Notes: generated by a model from the letters alone, not told the origin. A stretch of 64,000 bases of DNA from a virus (IMGVR_UViG_3300028422_001686); one strand, 5' to 3'; positions 29,055 to 39,548 are shown, counted from the first letter of the stretch. Made by a program: numbers and translations.

Positions 29055-32016
29055 TATCTATGTCAACACTAAACATAGTCTCTAAATATGTATCGTCATA
29101 ATATAGTACGGTTCCAACCTTTAAAAGCTTCTCATACTTAGGTTTAACTCTTCTATTTGTTGATTCACCTTCAGATAGAGCATAAAACTCATTTAAAAAG
29201 CTACTACTACCAAAATCATCCCAATTTTCAGTGATTGTTATGTTGGAGATTGTTGTTGTCAGAGCTATAGCTAGGTCAGACCTACCACCCTTATACACAG
29301 TCAATTCAGAGGTTCCACCTAAAAGGGATCCTGTATTAGTTAAAAAAGCTGATGATGAAGAGACTACATAGGAATTAGCTACAACTCCTGGAAAAATTGC
29401 TTTAATAATAATGCAATCGCCATTACATTGAGCTAAGCATTTATGTCCTGCATCTGCAGTTGTTGCTCCATAATCTCTTGTTTCATTGATCTTTTTAGTT
29501 AAGTTCAAAATTGTAGAAAATAGTGATGGCCCAACTTCAAATTCAAGTCGACTTGATGGAGATACTGATGCGGTTAAAATAATGCCATTTACAGTTACAG
29601 TGTCTCCTGCAGAAAGATTTGATGTTAAAACTACGGTTCTAGTTGCCCTCTCCCCAGAGATAAATGCTTTTGGAACAAAATTATCTGTTGAAGTTATGGC
29701 AGTAGAATCATTTATTGCTTTAATTATGTTATCTCTATGCTCGTCTGTTGTTGCTGGAGAAAGACTGTTTATTGTTCTTGTTATTGTAGTACTATCTACC
29801 GTAAATGTAAGCAAGCCGCCTATAATACTACCTGTAGAATCAATGGAGATTAATGCTCTACCAATTGGAGCAACATATAGTGTTTCACCAGGGTTAAAGT
29901 TTGTATCTACCTCTACAGCTCCAATGGTTCCAGATACCTTACCATTCGATCTTATCCATCCAGCCTGATCATGTGCTATAGAAGGAGAATCAACGACTCC
30001 ATAGACCTTCATATAGGCTGCAGCCTCAGGAACGACAGGGTCTTCATCTATGTCGATAGCATAAAGATTAACAGGGTCAACATCTGAATAAACAGACACT
30101 AACTCTTTATTCGATTTAATACCTACAGGGTACCCCGCAGATAGTGAGACTCCAATATTATTTGTTAACCACGATAGGTTTCCATTTATTCCTTCAGAAA
30201 TATCTCCAAAGAGGCTTCCAGAATACCCTTGTGTAGTATCCAGTTTATCAGGAATAACATTTAGGTGTGTAGCGCTTGATACATTTGACCCAAGAAGAGA
30301 GGCTGTATTTCCAGATTCTCCAATAATAAAAGAGTCTGAGTTTAGTTCTAGTATTCCTGGAGCTGTTATTTCCAGATTTAGATCAGATATAATAGACTGA
30401 ATATCTCCAGCCAAAACAAGTGATTTATAAAAAGTAACATTATCTTGGTTAAAAGCTATTACAGCCTCATCGAGTGCATTATTTATTGTAAGATTTTTTG
30501 TTTCATCTAGTACTAAGAATCCATCTGCTTGATTATTATACACACCTTGAAGAGTACTTCCAGATGGTGCTGATATTGTTAATGTCTGGCCAGACTGAAC
30601 TATCTCAACTCCTACGCCAGGAGACACAAGAACATCACCCACAATCTTTGCTGATTCACCACTTTTCTGTATTGAGCTTACTGTCCCATGTGGATTAGCT
30701 GCAGACAAGTGATTGCTTACAGCGGCATGATCAGTTCCATCTCCAAGTCTATGATTTCTGTTCTCGGCTGACTCATACAAAAGTCCATATGAACCTATTG
30801 TTACATCATTTGCGACAACATTACCTAGTCCATTAACAGAAAAAACTGTTACATTTGAAGAGTTTTTTATATCTACATACTTGGCAGATTCACTTCCAAC
30901 AGGGACATTGATGTCAACCTTTAAGTGTGAGCCATCTAGTGCACTGTGCTCTAGCTCTAAATAACCAAGTCTAGTTGCATTCTGTACTCCAACACTATAA
31001 GACTCATTTATGGCTCCAAAAAGACTTTTTTTAGCTGTAGTTAAGACTTCACTTCCAGTTTGGGTTAGATTCGCTGACCCCCTGCTATCCTGAAAGTTAA
31101 GATCTCCACTAAGATTTTGAAGTCTAGGTGCACTAAGATAAGTTGCACTTTTTAGGTATCCATATGACTCAACGTTTCCTGTAGAGGAAATGCTTAAGTT
31201 GACTGCCGACCCTGGGCCGACTGTTAAGCTATCGACATCTAAAAAATCAATACACTCAATACCGCCATGAACTTGTATTGCTGGAACTGTAGTTGTCCCT
31301 GAACCATTGCGAACTATGAAGGGGCCTCTGGCGAGTGATGTTATTATTTCTACTGGTGCAGACTGGTCATAGATATCTTGAAAACTAACAGTAGACACAA
31401 GAGTATTCACCTCATTAATTGCTCCAACGATACTTTGAGATAGTGTGTTTAGGGTATAAGTACCAGTCTCTGATAAAGAGATATTTGCAACTAAATTGCC
31501 GTCTTTTAAAAATAGATCTCTTCCTGACTTTAATAGGGCATCTTTTGTCGACCCAGTTGTTCCAAATGTAAGATTTGTAGTCCCTGATGTTATACCATTG
31601 TAGGCTACATCCATCTTAGCGGATCCACGATAGATGCTCATCGAAGTTGGGTTCATCTTAATGTTGCCACTACTGTCTAGTTCAAACTCACCATTAGACC
31701 CAAATACAAGATTGTTTCCTGGTGTTACTGTTATTGATCTCCCATTTTCATAGGCTAGCTGAAGTGTTGTCGCTGTAACATTGTCTTCTAAAAGTTTTAC
31801 TCTTTCAAAAAGACCATGGTCAACATCGATAAGACTTAGTGGTGAATAAATTGTTGCATTAAGAAGTAGGGCTTGAGTATCTGTTATTGCCTCTGCCAAC
31901 TGATTTGGATCTTCTGCTAAGATATCATCTCCAGTGATTGAACCACTATCATTTGTTCTTAAAACCCATTCATCGGGTGTACCAGAATCTATATTCTTTA
32001 TTCTAAATTGACTCAT
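28999..32016 (-). CDS. Virion fibre protein, 1005 aa
   Basis: Beta-rich Ser/Thr/Gly sequence; two fibre-type motifs LNTLSQSIVGAINEV and LTTAKKSLFGAINES; TLQLAYENG, SFQDIYDQ, TLQGVYNN repeats. Confidence 0.65.
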   Translation of the reverse strand: MSQFRIKNIDSGTPDEWVLRTNDSGSITGDDILAEDPNQLAEAITDTQALLLNATIYSPLSLIDVDHGLFERVKLLEDNVTATTLQLAYENGRSITVTPGNNLVFGSNGEFELDSSGNIKMNPTSMSIYRGSAKMDVAYNGITSGTTNLTFGTTGSTKDALLKSGRDLFLKDGNLVANISLSETGTYTLNTLSQSIVGAINEVNTLVSTVSFQDIYDQSAPVEIITSLARGPFIVRNGSGTTTVPAIQVHGGIECIDFLDVDSLTVGPGSAVNLSISSTGNVESYGYLKSATYLSAPRLQNLSGDLNFQDSRGSANLTQTGSEVLTTAKKSLFGAINESYSVGVQNATRLGYLELEHSALDGSHLKVDINVPVGSESAKYVDIKNSSNVTVFSVNGLGNVVANDVTIGSYGLLYESAENRNHRLGDGTDHAAVSNHLSAANPHGTVSSIQKSGESAKIVGDVLVSPGVGVEIVQSGQTLTISAPSGSTLQGVYNNQADGFLVLDETKNLTINNALDEAVIAFNQDNVTFYKSLVLAGDIQSIISDLNLEITAPGILELNSDSFIIGESGNTASLLGSNVSSATHLNVIPDKLDTTQGYSGSLFGDISEGINGNLSWLTNNIGVSLSAGYPVGIKSNKELVSVYSDVDPVNLYAIDIDEDPVVPEAAAYMKVYGVVDSPSIAHDQAGWIRSNGKVSGTIGAVEVDTNFNPGETLYVAPIGRALISIDSTGSIIGGLLTFTVDSTTITRTINSLSPATTDEHRDNIIKAINDSTAITSTDNFVPKAFISGERATRTVVLTSNLSAGDTVTVNGIILTASVSPSSRLEFEVGPSLFSTILNLTKKINETRDYGATTADAGHKCLAQCNGDCIIIKAIFPGVVANSYVVSSSSAFLTNTGSLLGGTSELTVYKGGRSDLAIALTTTISNITITENWDDFGSSSFLNEFYALSEGESTNRRVKPKYEKLLKVGTVLYYDDTYLETMFSVDIDNGQYISSTKDGYQNELIP

Positions 32017-32019
32017 CTA

Positions 32020-32256
32020 TTACTCCTTATCAGTCTTAAGAGCTAAAAGAACAAATACCTTTGATGCCAACATACTATTAATGTCAGTTCCATCACCCAT
32101 AAGAAGTGTTTCGATACTTTTTTTGCAATGACTACATTTAGGTAAAGGAATAGCTTTTCCTTGAACTATTTTTAAGGAATCCAAGTTTATTTCATTTAGC
32201 TCTCCACATGTATTGCACTTTTGAATTATAGTATCTTTGGTTATTTTAGTAATCAT
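32020..32256 (-). CDS. Small Zn-ribbon protein, 78 aa
   Basis: CNTC and CSHC pairs; lies between two fibre genes. Confidence 0.6.
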   Translation of the reverse strand: MITKITKDTIIQKCNTCGELNEINLDSLKIVQGKAIPLPKCSHCKKSIETLLMGDGTDINSMLASKVFVLLALKTDKE

Positions 32257-32258
32257 AA

Positions 32259-33590
32259 TTAGTTACCTACTGTTATGTAATGTCCTCTTACACTTGCCGA
32301 TCCTACTTCTGGAGTATCGAAAACAAAGAAGAAGCCATACTCATCTACATGTGTTACAGACAGATTGCTAATATTTGACTCTTCATCTATTGAAAGAGTA
32401 ATAGAAGAAGGAGTATTTGCCATCTTTGTTTTAAAATTAACTCCAGCTCCATAGAAGATGCCGCCAGCATTATTAGAATAAGTTGTAAGTCCGAAATACC
32501 CTTCTTCTTGAACCCCAGATTTTAACTCATGGTTTCCAGTTAGGAGTCGGGCGTCTTCATCTATTTTAAATAGAAGACTTGTAGATACTTCATTATCTCC
32601 ACTATCATTATTCTTCGTGATAGTAAATGATGACTCACTGCTACTGTCTCCATTGTCCAACTTAACTAAAAAAGAACTTGCAGATGTGTCTATTCCATTC
32701 TCACTTAAGCTAGAAACTGAATTTAAAACTACAGTGTTTGTGTTAACTAAGCTAGATGATATTGACCCAGCAGAGAGAACGTCTCCCGACTCATTTATTG
32801 AAACGACTTCTGAGCCAAGACCATTATATATATAGAAGTGTGCATCTAGAGCCTCACCATCTAAGGCATCATCAGCGTCCAGTCTCACCCAAAAATTTCC
32901 TCTTGAACTAACTCCCACATCTTCACTAAAATCTATAAATGATGCATTCTCGTAGTCTAGAACAGAGATCTTGGTTCCTTCAATCATTGATATATCATTT
33001 TTAGCATTGATCAATCCATTGATAGTTATCTCTCCATTAGAGACTAGTGATCCAACTGTTACAGATCCAATTAAATTTGAGTCCAACCCAACCTGTAATC
33101 CTTTTGCTATAGTTATGTCGCCTTCTAATGATTGTGACCCTGACTTCATAACATATCTAGAATCTAGAGAATAGCCATTAACTATTCCTCCTGTCATTAT
33201 TGCATCAATGTTTACCTGATGTTGAACAAGTGCATTTTGAACATTAGATGCAGAGAGGTTTCCAATTGGTGTTACGCCAATTACATAGGCATGATGCTGT
33301 GAGGGATCTGTCGGAAGAGTATAAGTTCGATGTGCATTAAAAGAGGTATACAAACTTCCTAATGCAGTATCTAGTGCTTCAAGGCAGACTTTATATGATG
33401 TGTCATCTGAAATATAGTTCGTAGAGTCATATGAAATCTCTTTTCCAGCTCCTGCCAATAACTCTTGAACAGATCTAACTGAATCTTGTAGGTCAACAAC
33501 ATGTGCCGCCTTTACTAGATCTACCCCGTCTACCTTTATATATGTTGGGTTTGCAAATGAATCAATTGATTGAGGAAATACTGAGCTCAT
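32259..33590 (-). CDS. Virion fibre/decoration protein, 443 aa
   Basis: VKAAHVVDLQDSV N-terminus, LSASNVQNAL motif, beta-helix-like middle. Confidence 0.6.
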   Translation of the reverse strand: MSSVFPQSIDSFANPTYIKVDGVDLVKAAHVVDLQDSVRSVQELLAGAGKEISYDSTNYISDDTSYKVCLEALDTALGSLYTSFNAHRTYTLPTDPSQHHAYVIGVTPIGNLSASNVQNALVQHQVNIDAIMTGGIVNGYSLDSRYVMKSGSQSLEGDITIAKGLQVGLDSNLIGSVTVGSLVSNGEITINGLINAKNDISMIEGTKISVLDYENASFIDFSEDVGVSSRGNFWVRLDADDALDGEALDAHFYIYNGLGSEVVSINESGDVLSAGSISSSLVNTNTVVLNSVSSLSENGIDTSASSFLVKLDNGDSSSESSFTITKNNDSGDNEVSTSLLFKIDEDARLLTGNHELKSGVQEEGYFGLTTYSNNAGGIFYGAGVNFKTKMANTPSSITLSIDEESNISNLSVTHVDEYGFFFVFDTPEVGSASVRGHYITVGN

Positions 33591-33602
33591 CTTTCTGCTC
33601 CT

Positions 33603-33788
33603 TTATAGGAATGAATTAATCAATGAAAAAATAAGTAATTTAAATTCTAATATTTTATCTGCGAATATGATACCATAAAATGGTAAAAACGTTAGTATAT
33701 AAAACATAATCTTATTCAAATTAAAATATTTTTTCTTTATGTTCTTAGCCTTGTAGAGACTTATTTTTGTTTTGGCTTTTATTTTCAT
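33603..33788 (-). CDS. Small basic membrane protein, 61 aa
   Basis: Lys-rich N-terminus then a hydrophobic segment; ATGA overlap with the upstream 30-aa ORF. Confidence 0.4.
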   Translation of the reverse strand: MKIKAKTKISLYKAKNIKKKYFNLNKIMFYILTFLPFYGIIFADKILEFKLLIFSLINSFL

Positions 33789-33877
33789 CTTGTTCTTTTC
33801 TTTTTACTTTTTCTAACTTGAGCTATCTTACAGATTAAGTGTTTTTCTTTCTTAGTCAAAGTCTTCTTACTACTCAC
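33785..33877 (-). CDS. 30-aa basic peptide MSSKKTLTKKEKHLICKIAQVRKSKKKRTR
   Basis: Below track cutoff; GTG start overlaps the end of the previous ORF with GAGG upstream; its TGA overlaps the next ATG. Confidence 0.35.
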   Translation of the reverse strand: MSSKKTLTKKEKHLICKIAQVRKSKKKRTR

Positions 33878-34541
33878 TTACTACCTCATGTAAAACGGCA
33901 TTAATTCCAATATTCTTACTTTCTGTATCATTATTAATATATTCAACCTTAATGACCATTCCATAATGCAACTCTGCATCATAATTACTAGAATCAGCAT
34001 AAAATAGGTCGCTAACACATACATTAAATCCAAACTGATTCAATATTGCGCCTGCATATCCAGAATATGTTCCAGAGTCGTCATCACAAACTAAAAAGTT
34101 TGCATTATCATTTCCGCCACAGTTAATAATTTCTAATTCATCAATCTTACATGTAACATACGGAACTGACATAGTTAATGTTGTTGTTGATTCTCCCGCA
34201 CACTCCCCTCTAAATCCGTGCTTTCTTCTATACAGTTTACTGCCATCATCTAAAACTTTTTTAGCAAAGGCATATTGCTGTGGAACCTCGTCTACTTTGA
34301 CATGTGTTGGAGTGTTTTTCTTTAGAATATTTATTGCCGTATTAGCGTCAGAAATGTCTACGCCATAATTATTTAAGACGATAGATCCACTTATTATATT
34401 AGAGATAACAGAAGTATTATTACCCCAAACTTCATAGTCAGTTATGGGGATCTCATATTCATTTTCTCCAGAACTTAGCTCTCTAAGAAGGATCTCACAT
34501 AGTAATATTTCTTCTTCTGTCACATTCTTTATAATCATCAT
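33870..34541 (-). CDS. Virion accessory protein, 223 aa
   Basis: N-terminus IIKNVTEEE resembles IVKNTTSSV of the neighbour; beta-sandwich-like C-terminus. Confidence 0.5.
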   Translation of the reverse strand: MMIIKNVTEEEILLCEILLRELSSGENEYEIPITDYEVWGNNTSVISNIISGSIVLNNYGVDISDANTAINILKKNTPTHVKVDEVPQQYAFAKKVLDDGSKLYRRKHGFRGECAGESTTTLTMSVPYVTCKIDELEIINCGGNDNANFLVCDDDSGTYSGYAGAILNQFGFNVCVSDLFYADSSNYDAELHYGMVIKVEYINNDTESKNIGINAVLHEVVSE

Positions 34542-35371
34542 ACAATTGTTTCCTCTATCCTTATAACTATTGTTACGTTATCAACTGAAACAGCAACTCC
34601 AGATCCATATTGTCTTATGAACTTTAAGCCTAAAAGATCTCCCTTAGTAACATTAAACTCTATCTGACTTTGTGAATCCGCAAAAGCAGTAAGTACAGAT
34701 GAATCCCAATATGCACCAATATTATATGAGCTGGAGTCAACGCTAAGACTTATATCCCCTAACTTTGATCCCTCATCTTCAAATCCAACTTTCCATAACT
34801 CGAACCCTATGCTTACAGTCTCATCTGGCGTAGAGTCAGTAATGGCAACACCTGTAACCGCTATAGTTGCAGCTACAACTTTTCCATTAAAGGGGCATAG
34901 TAGTGGGGCACAATTATTATTTTTGTATCCAGTTGAATCGCTTCCAGACCTCTTACTTCCATGAATATTTGCATATAAGTATTGAGAGTAGTTCATCTTT
35001 CCTATATGCTGGAATTGGGGCATAAATTGCTGGAGAGTTATGGGGTTAGATCTTGCTTCCTCAATTGCTTCTTGAACTGTTGTTGCTTGAAATCCATTTG
35101 ATCTTACAGGGATAGTATTTTCACTTTCAAAAACTGTAGCTAAAGCATATGTTTCTTTGAGCTTAGCTAAGCTTAAATATGGAGATATATCACTTTCTCC
35201 ATCATTTAGGATAGCCCCTTCTTCTTCGATAGCAGCAACAAACGATTCATCATTTAATAACCTTGGGATATCTACACCCTCTACAGTCGTCTGCTCTCCT
35301 GGTTCTAGGCGCACTCCTCCCCATTTTTTTACTGATGAAGTTGTATTTTTAACTATGAACGATTTACTCAT
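34538..35371 (-). CDS. Virion accessory protein, 277 aa
   Basis: RSNGFQATTVQEAIEE motif shared with the neighbour. Confidence 0.55.
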   Translation of the reverse strand: MSKSFIVKNTTSSVKKWGGVRLEPGEQTTVEGVDIPRLLNDESFVAAIEEEGAILNDGESDISPYLSLAKLKETYALATVFESENTIPVRSNGFQATTVQEAIEEARSNPITLQQFMPQFQHIGKMNYSQYLYANIHGSKRSGSDSTGYKNNNCAPLLCPFNGKVVAATIAVTGVAITDSTPDETVSIGFELWKVGFEDEGSKLGDISLSVDSSSYNIGAYWDSSVLTAFADSQSQIEFNVTKGDLLGLKFIRQYGSGVAVSVDNVTIVIRIEETIV

Positions 35372-35877
35372 ACACCACCATTTAATGAAGAGCTAAAAAC
35401 AATTTGCATATGTGGTTTTGAAATTGCTCCAGATGTAATTCTGATCTCGATATTAGCTCCTGATTGAATAGAAAAAAGTGGAGACAAGGCAGTCCCTATG
35501 AGTTCTACTTGTTTTTCTCCATTAAAGATGACTTCGTATATAGGCACTGTTCCTGATATCTGATTATCAAAAAACCCAATAGTACATATTGCGGATGTTG
35601 CTGCAGTTCTTGCAATTACAGCTATAACATTGGATCCTCTTGGGAATACAAGAGGTGCCTCTTCAGAGTCAATGCCAACATAAAACTCAAGATGTCTGCC
35701 AACGTTTGCATTTCCATTATACTGAGATAAGACTAGAAATACGTCATTTGAAACGGCTAATGCCAAAGCTTCTTCAATTGCATCTTGAGCATTTTTTGAA
35801 GAAAAACCATTATCTCTATCTGGTTCAGATAAAAATGGAACTGATTCAGCTACAGGTGTTGTAAAAGGGCCAGCCAT
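35368..35877 (-). CDS. Virion accessory protein, 169 aa
   Basis: RDNGFSSKNAQDAIEE motif. Confidence 0.55.
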   Translation of the reverse strand: MAGPFTTPVAESVPFLSEPDRDNGFSSKNAQDAIEEALALAVSNDVFLVLSQYNGNANVGRHLEFYVGIDSEEAPLVFPRGSNVIAVIARTAATSAICTIGFFDNQISGTVPIYEVIFNGEKQVELIGTALSPLFSIQSGANIEIRITSGAISKPHMQIVFSSSLNGGV

Positions 35878-36266
35878 TAACTTAACTCCCCAAATGCTAC
35901 ACTTCCAGTACCACTAGACATGATAAACCAGATCTCAGTATTCTCACCTATTGGAACCATAATTAATTGACTTTTAAACAGATCAAAACTTTGAGTTGAA
36001 TTTGAAAACCCCCACTTAACTCCAGTGCTAAGGGCTTCCATTATTACATATTTCCTATTTGCTTTTTTTGCCGTACTAACCATTCCCTCAACTGGAGTAA
36101 CATCATCGAGAGTTAGTATTGTATCAAGGCCACCGTTGTCATGTGTGTCTCTAATATAGACTTCTTGAGTAGAGGAGACACCAGCGAAATTAGTTTCACT
36201 ACCATCCTGATTACTCCCTATAAGCTTAAGGGTATCACTTGATTGTTCTTCACCTAAATCGCCCAT
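35877..36266 (-). CDS. Virion accessory protein, 129 aa
   Basis: Packed ORF with RBS in the decoration cluster. Confidence 0.5.
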   Translation of the reverse strand: MGDLGEEQSSDTLKLIGSNQDGSETNFAGVSSTQEVYIRDTHDNGGLDTILTLDDVTPVEGMVSTAKKANRKYVIMEALSTGVKWGFSNSTQSFDLFKSQLIMVPIGENTEIWFIMSSGTGSVAFGELS

Positions 36267-36283
36267 ATCTCCTCACTAATTAA

Positions 36284-36979
36284 TTAGACTAATTCACCTA
36301 CAATAGTAGAATACAAGTCTTGAGCCGCTTTGTCTCTGTTTAATTTTACGATCTCTACTACTTGGCCTTCAGTTAATGAAAGAGCTTCAGCATCAATCGT
36401 AAACTCTACACCTGGTTTAGATGTTGAGTTGAAATCCACAAACAATGTATTTGTAGATCCAAGATCTCCAGCTTTAACTTCAAACCTCATTTTTCCTGAT
36501 GCAGAACCAAAAACTCTAGTTAGCCTCAAAGTGCTTCCAGCAGGAACTGTATAAGTATGAGTAACTGATGCATCAGTCGCTACCTCGGATCCTTGACTAA
36601 AATCTACTACAGCTGTTCCAGGGTTATTTGCTGAAACATAAACAGGTAGTGGGTTAGCTGTTGAAATTTTTGCCCCACTAGAGTCTCTTAGTGCAACATC
36701 AATTGCCACTGCATTGTCTTCACCGCTAGTTGCAGTTACTCTTTGTGTTTGAGTATCTACTCCTGGTGTCGCTGAAGCAACGTGAGCAATCAAAGCTGTA
36801 CTTGATGGATCAACATTATTTGAGCCATCATACACGCCATCTGTTTTTACAGCAGCATTACCATTGGCATCAATCTCTTGCCCTTGGTCGGGGTTGTTAA
36901 AGTCTACATTCTTAACTTGCACTCTTTCATCAGGATCTGCTTCTGATCTGATAGGGAGTGAGCTGTCATAATCTGCCAT
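36284..36979 (-). CDS. Virion decoration protein, 231 aa
   Basis: C-terminal HTYTVPAGSTLRLTRVFGSAS beta-sandwich, paralogous to 37170..37901. Confidence 0.55.
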   Translation of the reverse strand: MADYDSSLPIRSEADPDERVQVKNVDFNNPDQGQEIDANGNAAVKTDGVYDGSNNVDPSSTALIAHVASATPGVDTQTQRVTATSGEDNAVAIDVALRDSSGAKISTANPLPVYVSANNPGTAVVDFSQGSEVATDASVTHTYTVPAGSTLRLTRVFGSASGKMRFEVKAGDLGSTNTLFVDFNSTSKPGVEFTIDAEALSLTEGQVVEIVKLNRDKAAQDLYSTIVGELV

Positions 36980-37173
36980 TATTCCTCCTCAGTTTTAAGG
37001 TCATATAGCCTTTCATATTCTTTAAGGCTATCCTCCAATTCCTTGTCTATTTTCATTAGACTTTCTTCTGTAATTCTTTTTCTTAGTTTTAGGCTTAAAA
37101 TTTTCTTATGAAGTAACTGTTTTTTGTATTTAATTTTATTTTTTTTACAGTCTTTTCCTATCAGAGCTTTCAT
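36979..37173 (-). CDS. Small basic coiled-coil protein, 64 aa
   Basis: Overlaps both neighbours. Confidence 0.45.
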   Translation of the reverse strand: MKALIGKDCKKNKIKYKKQLLHKKILSLKLRKRITEESLMKIDKELEDSLKEYERLYDLKTEEE

Positions 37174-37901
37174 AGCTCCTCTCCATATATCCTAGCATTC
37201 ATCGGCTTCCCGGTCAATTTATGGGCAACCCCAATAATCTCTATTGTGTCTCCAGAATTAACTGGAAGACCCAAACTAAAGCAATCAAACTTAACATTTC
37301 TAGATGTCCAGGCTGTTCTCTGTGCATCGATATTATTGCTAGAAATTCTTAGATAAAATGTCACATCTGTCATTGCTGAAGCAGTTGCGGAAAGTAATGT
37401 AAATGTTTTATTTGCCCCAACAGTATAAGTTACAACAACAACCTCTTCTTCAGCGATAGTATTTACTTCTCCAAAAACAGAAAGTGTATCTGTTGATGAG
37501 GAGCTTACTACTCGAAGAACCCCCTCTTCTGTAACTGAAAGAGGAGTTGGCTGTTCTTTATTACCATTTACATAACCATAAACCCCGACACTATCACCGT
37601 CTTCAGCATCAACTTCTATCTCAAGTTCTGTAATACTCAAAGAGATTCTAGAATCAACTAAGAGTCTCCCATCATCTGATATACGAATAGATTTAAATGC
37701 ATCAGAATTATCAATCCCTCCAATAAGAAGGCCTTCTCTGACGTCTGGGGGAGAGTATTCTCCCTCTCTAAAAATGCTGTCAACTGAAAAGGGAGTATCT
37801 AGTGTAACCCGTAGAGCTCTGGCATTATCACTATAGACATAGTCATGAAGCCATCTAGATACAATGTCTGCTGGTTTTGACTTGTCTATATCCCAACTCA
37901 A
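37170..37901 (-). CDS. Virion decoration protein, 243 aa
   Basis: C-terminal VTYTVGANKTFTLLSATASA paralogous to 36284..36979. Confidence 0.55.
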   Translation of the reverse strand: MSWDIDKSKPADIVSRWLHDYVYSDNARALRVTLDTPFSVDSIFREGEYSPPDVREGLLIGGIDNSDAFKSIRISDDGRLLVDSRISLSITELEIEVDAEDGDSVGVYGYVNGNKEQPTPLSVTEEGVLRVVSSSSTDTLSVFGEVNTIAEEEVVVVTYTVGANKTFTLLSATASAMTDVTFYLRISSNNIDAQRTAWTSRNVKFDCFSLGLPVNSGDTIEIIGVAHKLTGKPMNARIYGEEL

Positions 37902-37916
37902 GATTCACCCCATATA

Positions 37917-39206
37917 TTAAATAAATGATATAGTTAAAGTTTTTCCAGATACCTCAATGGAATAGTTTTCTTTTTTCTCTAAACTTGAGGGATAAATTCT
38001 TTGAGAGTAAATTCCTATTTTATTTTGGATAGATGTCTCGTCTATATCTTTATTAAAAGTTATTACTATTTTTGTTTGTTCTTCACCGTCTATAATCGTA
38101 TAGCTTCCAATAGAGGGGATTGCTGTCCCCACTAAATTTGCAGTTAAAAAGCTACTTAAAAAAGATGTGTTTATAAGTACTTGGATTACCGCCAATTGAG
38201 TTGCGGCATTTATATGTATTAATGCACTCCCGTCTAAATCTTGAACAGACTCTTCACCAAGATTTGCATCATATAAAACATTTAAAATATATCCATTGTA
38301 AGCATCAGTTCTTTCTTTTGTTATAACTTGGATTCCACCTAGAAGTGTAGAACCAACTCTTCCGATAGGATTAAGTGAACTGGCATATTCTGGATTTATA
38401 CTTACAATTGAAAATGAGTCTGAGTTTGCAGACTCGACTCCACCTGCAACTGGGAGACCAATAATAGATCCTGAAAGTTTATCTTCTGGAGTTTGTATAG
38501 CTCCAGATCCTGTTGAGAACCCCCATGCTACAACAGACCCAATTAGATCTTTTGGTAAAACTTTAATAGTACATGTTTCGCCTATTAGATAGCTTCCCCT
38601 AAACTTTAGAGAAAAGCCATTATCAATTTCTGTTAGACGAGAACTCGTCTTGAATGGCCCGAAAACCTTATTGTCGGACTGTCTAGTCACATTGTAGATA
38701 GCTTCATTCTCTGCGCCAGCAATTAATATTTCTACAGTATAGTTTTCTTCTGACTGACCACTATAAACACCTTCAGCAAAAATTCTACCTTCTAGTGTTC
38801 CCTTTGGGTCAAATGTAGAAAGAATAGAAGTTCTTGAACTAACAAGACAGACATAGTGTGTATTAGGTTTCAATATACCTTTTGGAATAAAGGAAACTTT
38901 TGTCCTATATAACTCTCTTGGTGAAACATCTCCATAATCTTTGATTGATGTTGGCGTCTCAACTCCCAGTTCGAGTCTTGTATAGTTAACTGAGTCTAAC
39001 TCGATAGACTTATTTAGTAGGTCAGAATCGGCAAGGAGTTCTTCGATAGATCTATTTTCAGACCTTTCTGTCTCCACAATAATACAGGATCCAGTATTAA
39101 TAGATGCTTTTTCTAGGGGAATATCAGAGATCAGATATGGAATAATGCCAACTGAAACCCCAGTGCTATCTACGACTGGAGACACTATAGTATTTATTTG
39201 AGCCAT
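37917..39206 (-). CDS. Ig-like domain virion protein, 429 aa
   Basis: FIPKGILKPNTHYVCLV and IVITFNKDIDETS are SbsA/Big_5-like strands. Confidence 0.55.
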   Translation of the reverse strand: MAQINTIVSPVVDSTGVSVGIIPYLISDIPLEKASINTGSCIIVETERSENRSIEELLADSDLLNKSIELDSVNYTRLELGVETPTSIKDYGDVSPRELYRTKVSFIPKGILKPNTHYVCLVSSRTSILSTFDPKGTLEGRIFAEGVYSGQSEENYTVEILIAGAENEAIYNVTRQSDNKVFGPFKTSSRLTEIDNGFSLKFRGSYLIGETCTIKVLPKDLIGSVVAWGFSTGSGAIQTPEDKLSGSIIGLPVAGGVESANSDSFSIVSINPEYASSLNPIGRVGSTLLGGIQVITKERTDAYNGYILNVLYDANLGEESVQDLDGSALIHINAATQLAVIQVLINTSFLSSFLTANLVGTAIPSIGSYTIIDGEEQTKIVITFNKDIDETSIQNKIGIYSQRIYPSSLEKKENYSIEVSGKTLTISFI

Positions 39207-39209
39207 TTA

Positions 39210-39548
39210 TTATGCCTTTGCTTTGCGCTTTTTGCCCTTAGTCTTAGACTGAGATTCTACAATCTCTATCTCTTCGGGTGTTTCTACTACAACTTCTTTG
39301 GGAGTAGATAACTCTTCTAATCCTTCAGTGCAGATTATATCACCTGTTTGAATGGCATACAAGAGTACTTTTTTAGCCCACTCTGGCTGCTTATTCCAAG
39401 CTATTTCTACTGGGCCAGGATTATTTTGCGTTAACACTAAGCATTCTGCAGCAAAGCCTCTACCTCCACCTGAAGGTTTTAGGTATTCAAAATAGATTGG
39501 GTGCTGCAATCCCCATATCATTTTATGATCTGCAAGTTTAATTTTCAT
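39210..39548 (-). CDS. Hypothetical protein after the capsid gene, 112 aa
   Basis: RBS AAAGGGG; basic C-terminal tail. Confidence 0.55.
   Translation of the reverse strand: MKIKLADHKMIWGLQHPIYFEYLKPSGGGRGFAAECLVLTQNNPGPVEIAWNKQPEWAKKVLLYAIQTGDIICTEGLEELSTPKEVVVETPEEIEIVESQSKTKGKKRKAKA

Noticed and set aside
1-30000. Bacterial extracellular contractile injection system or tailocin
   Set aside because: Terminase, portal, protease and capsid genes in the same operon show a complete phage.
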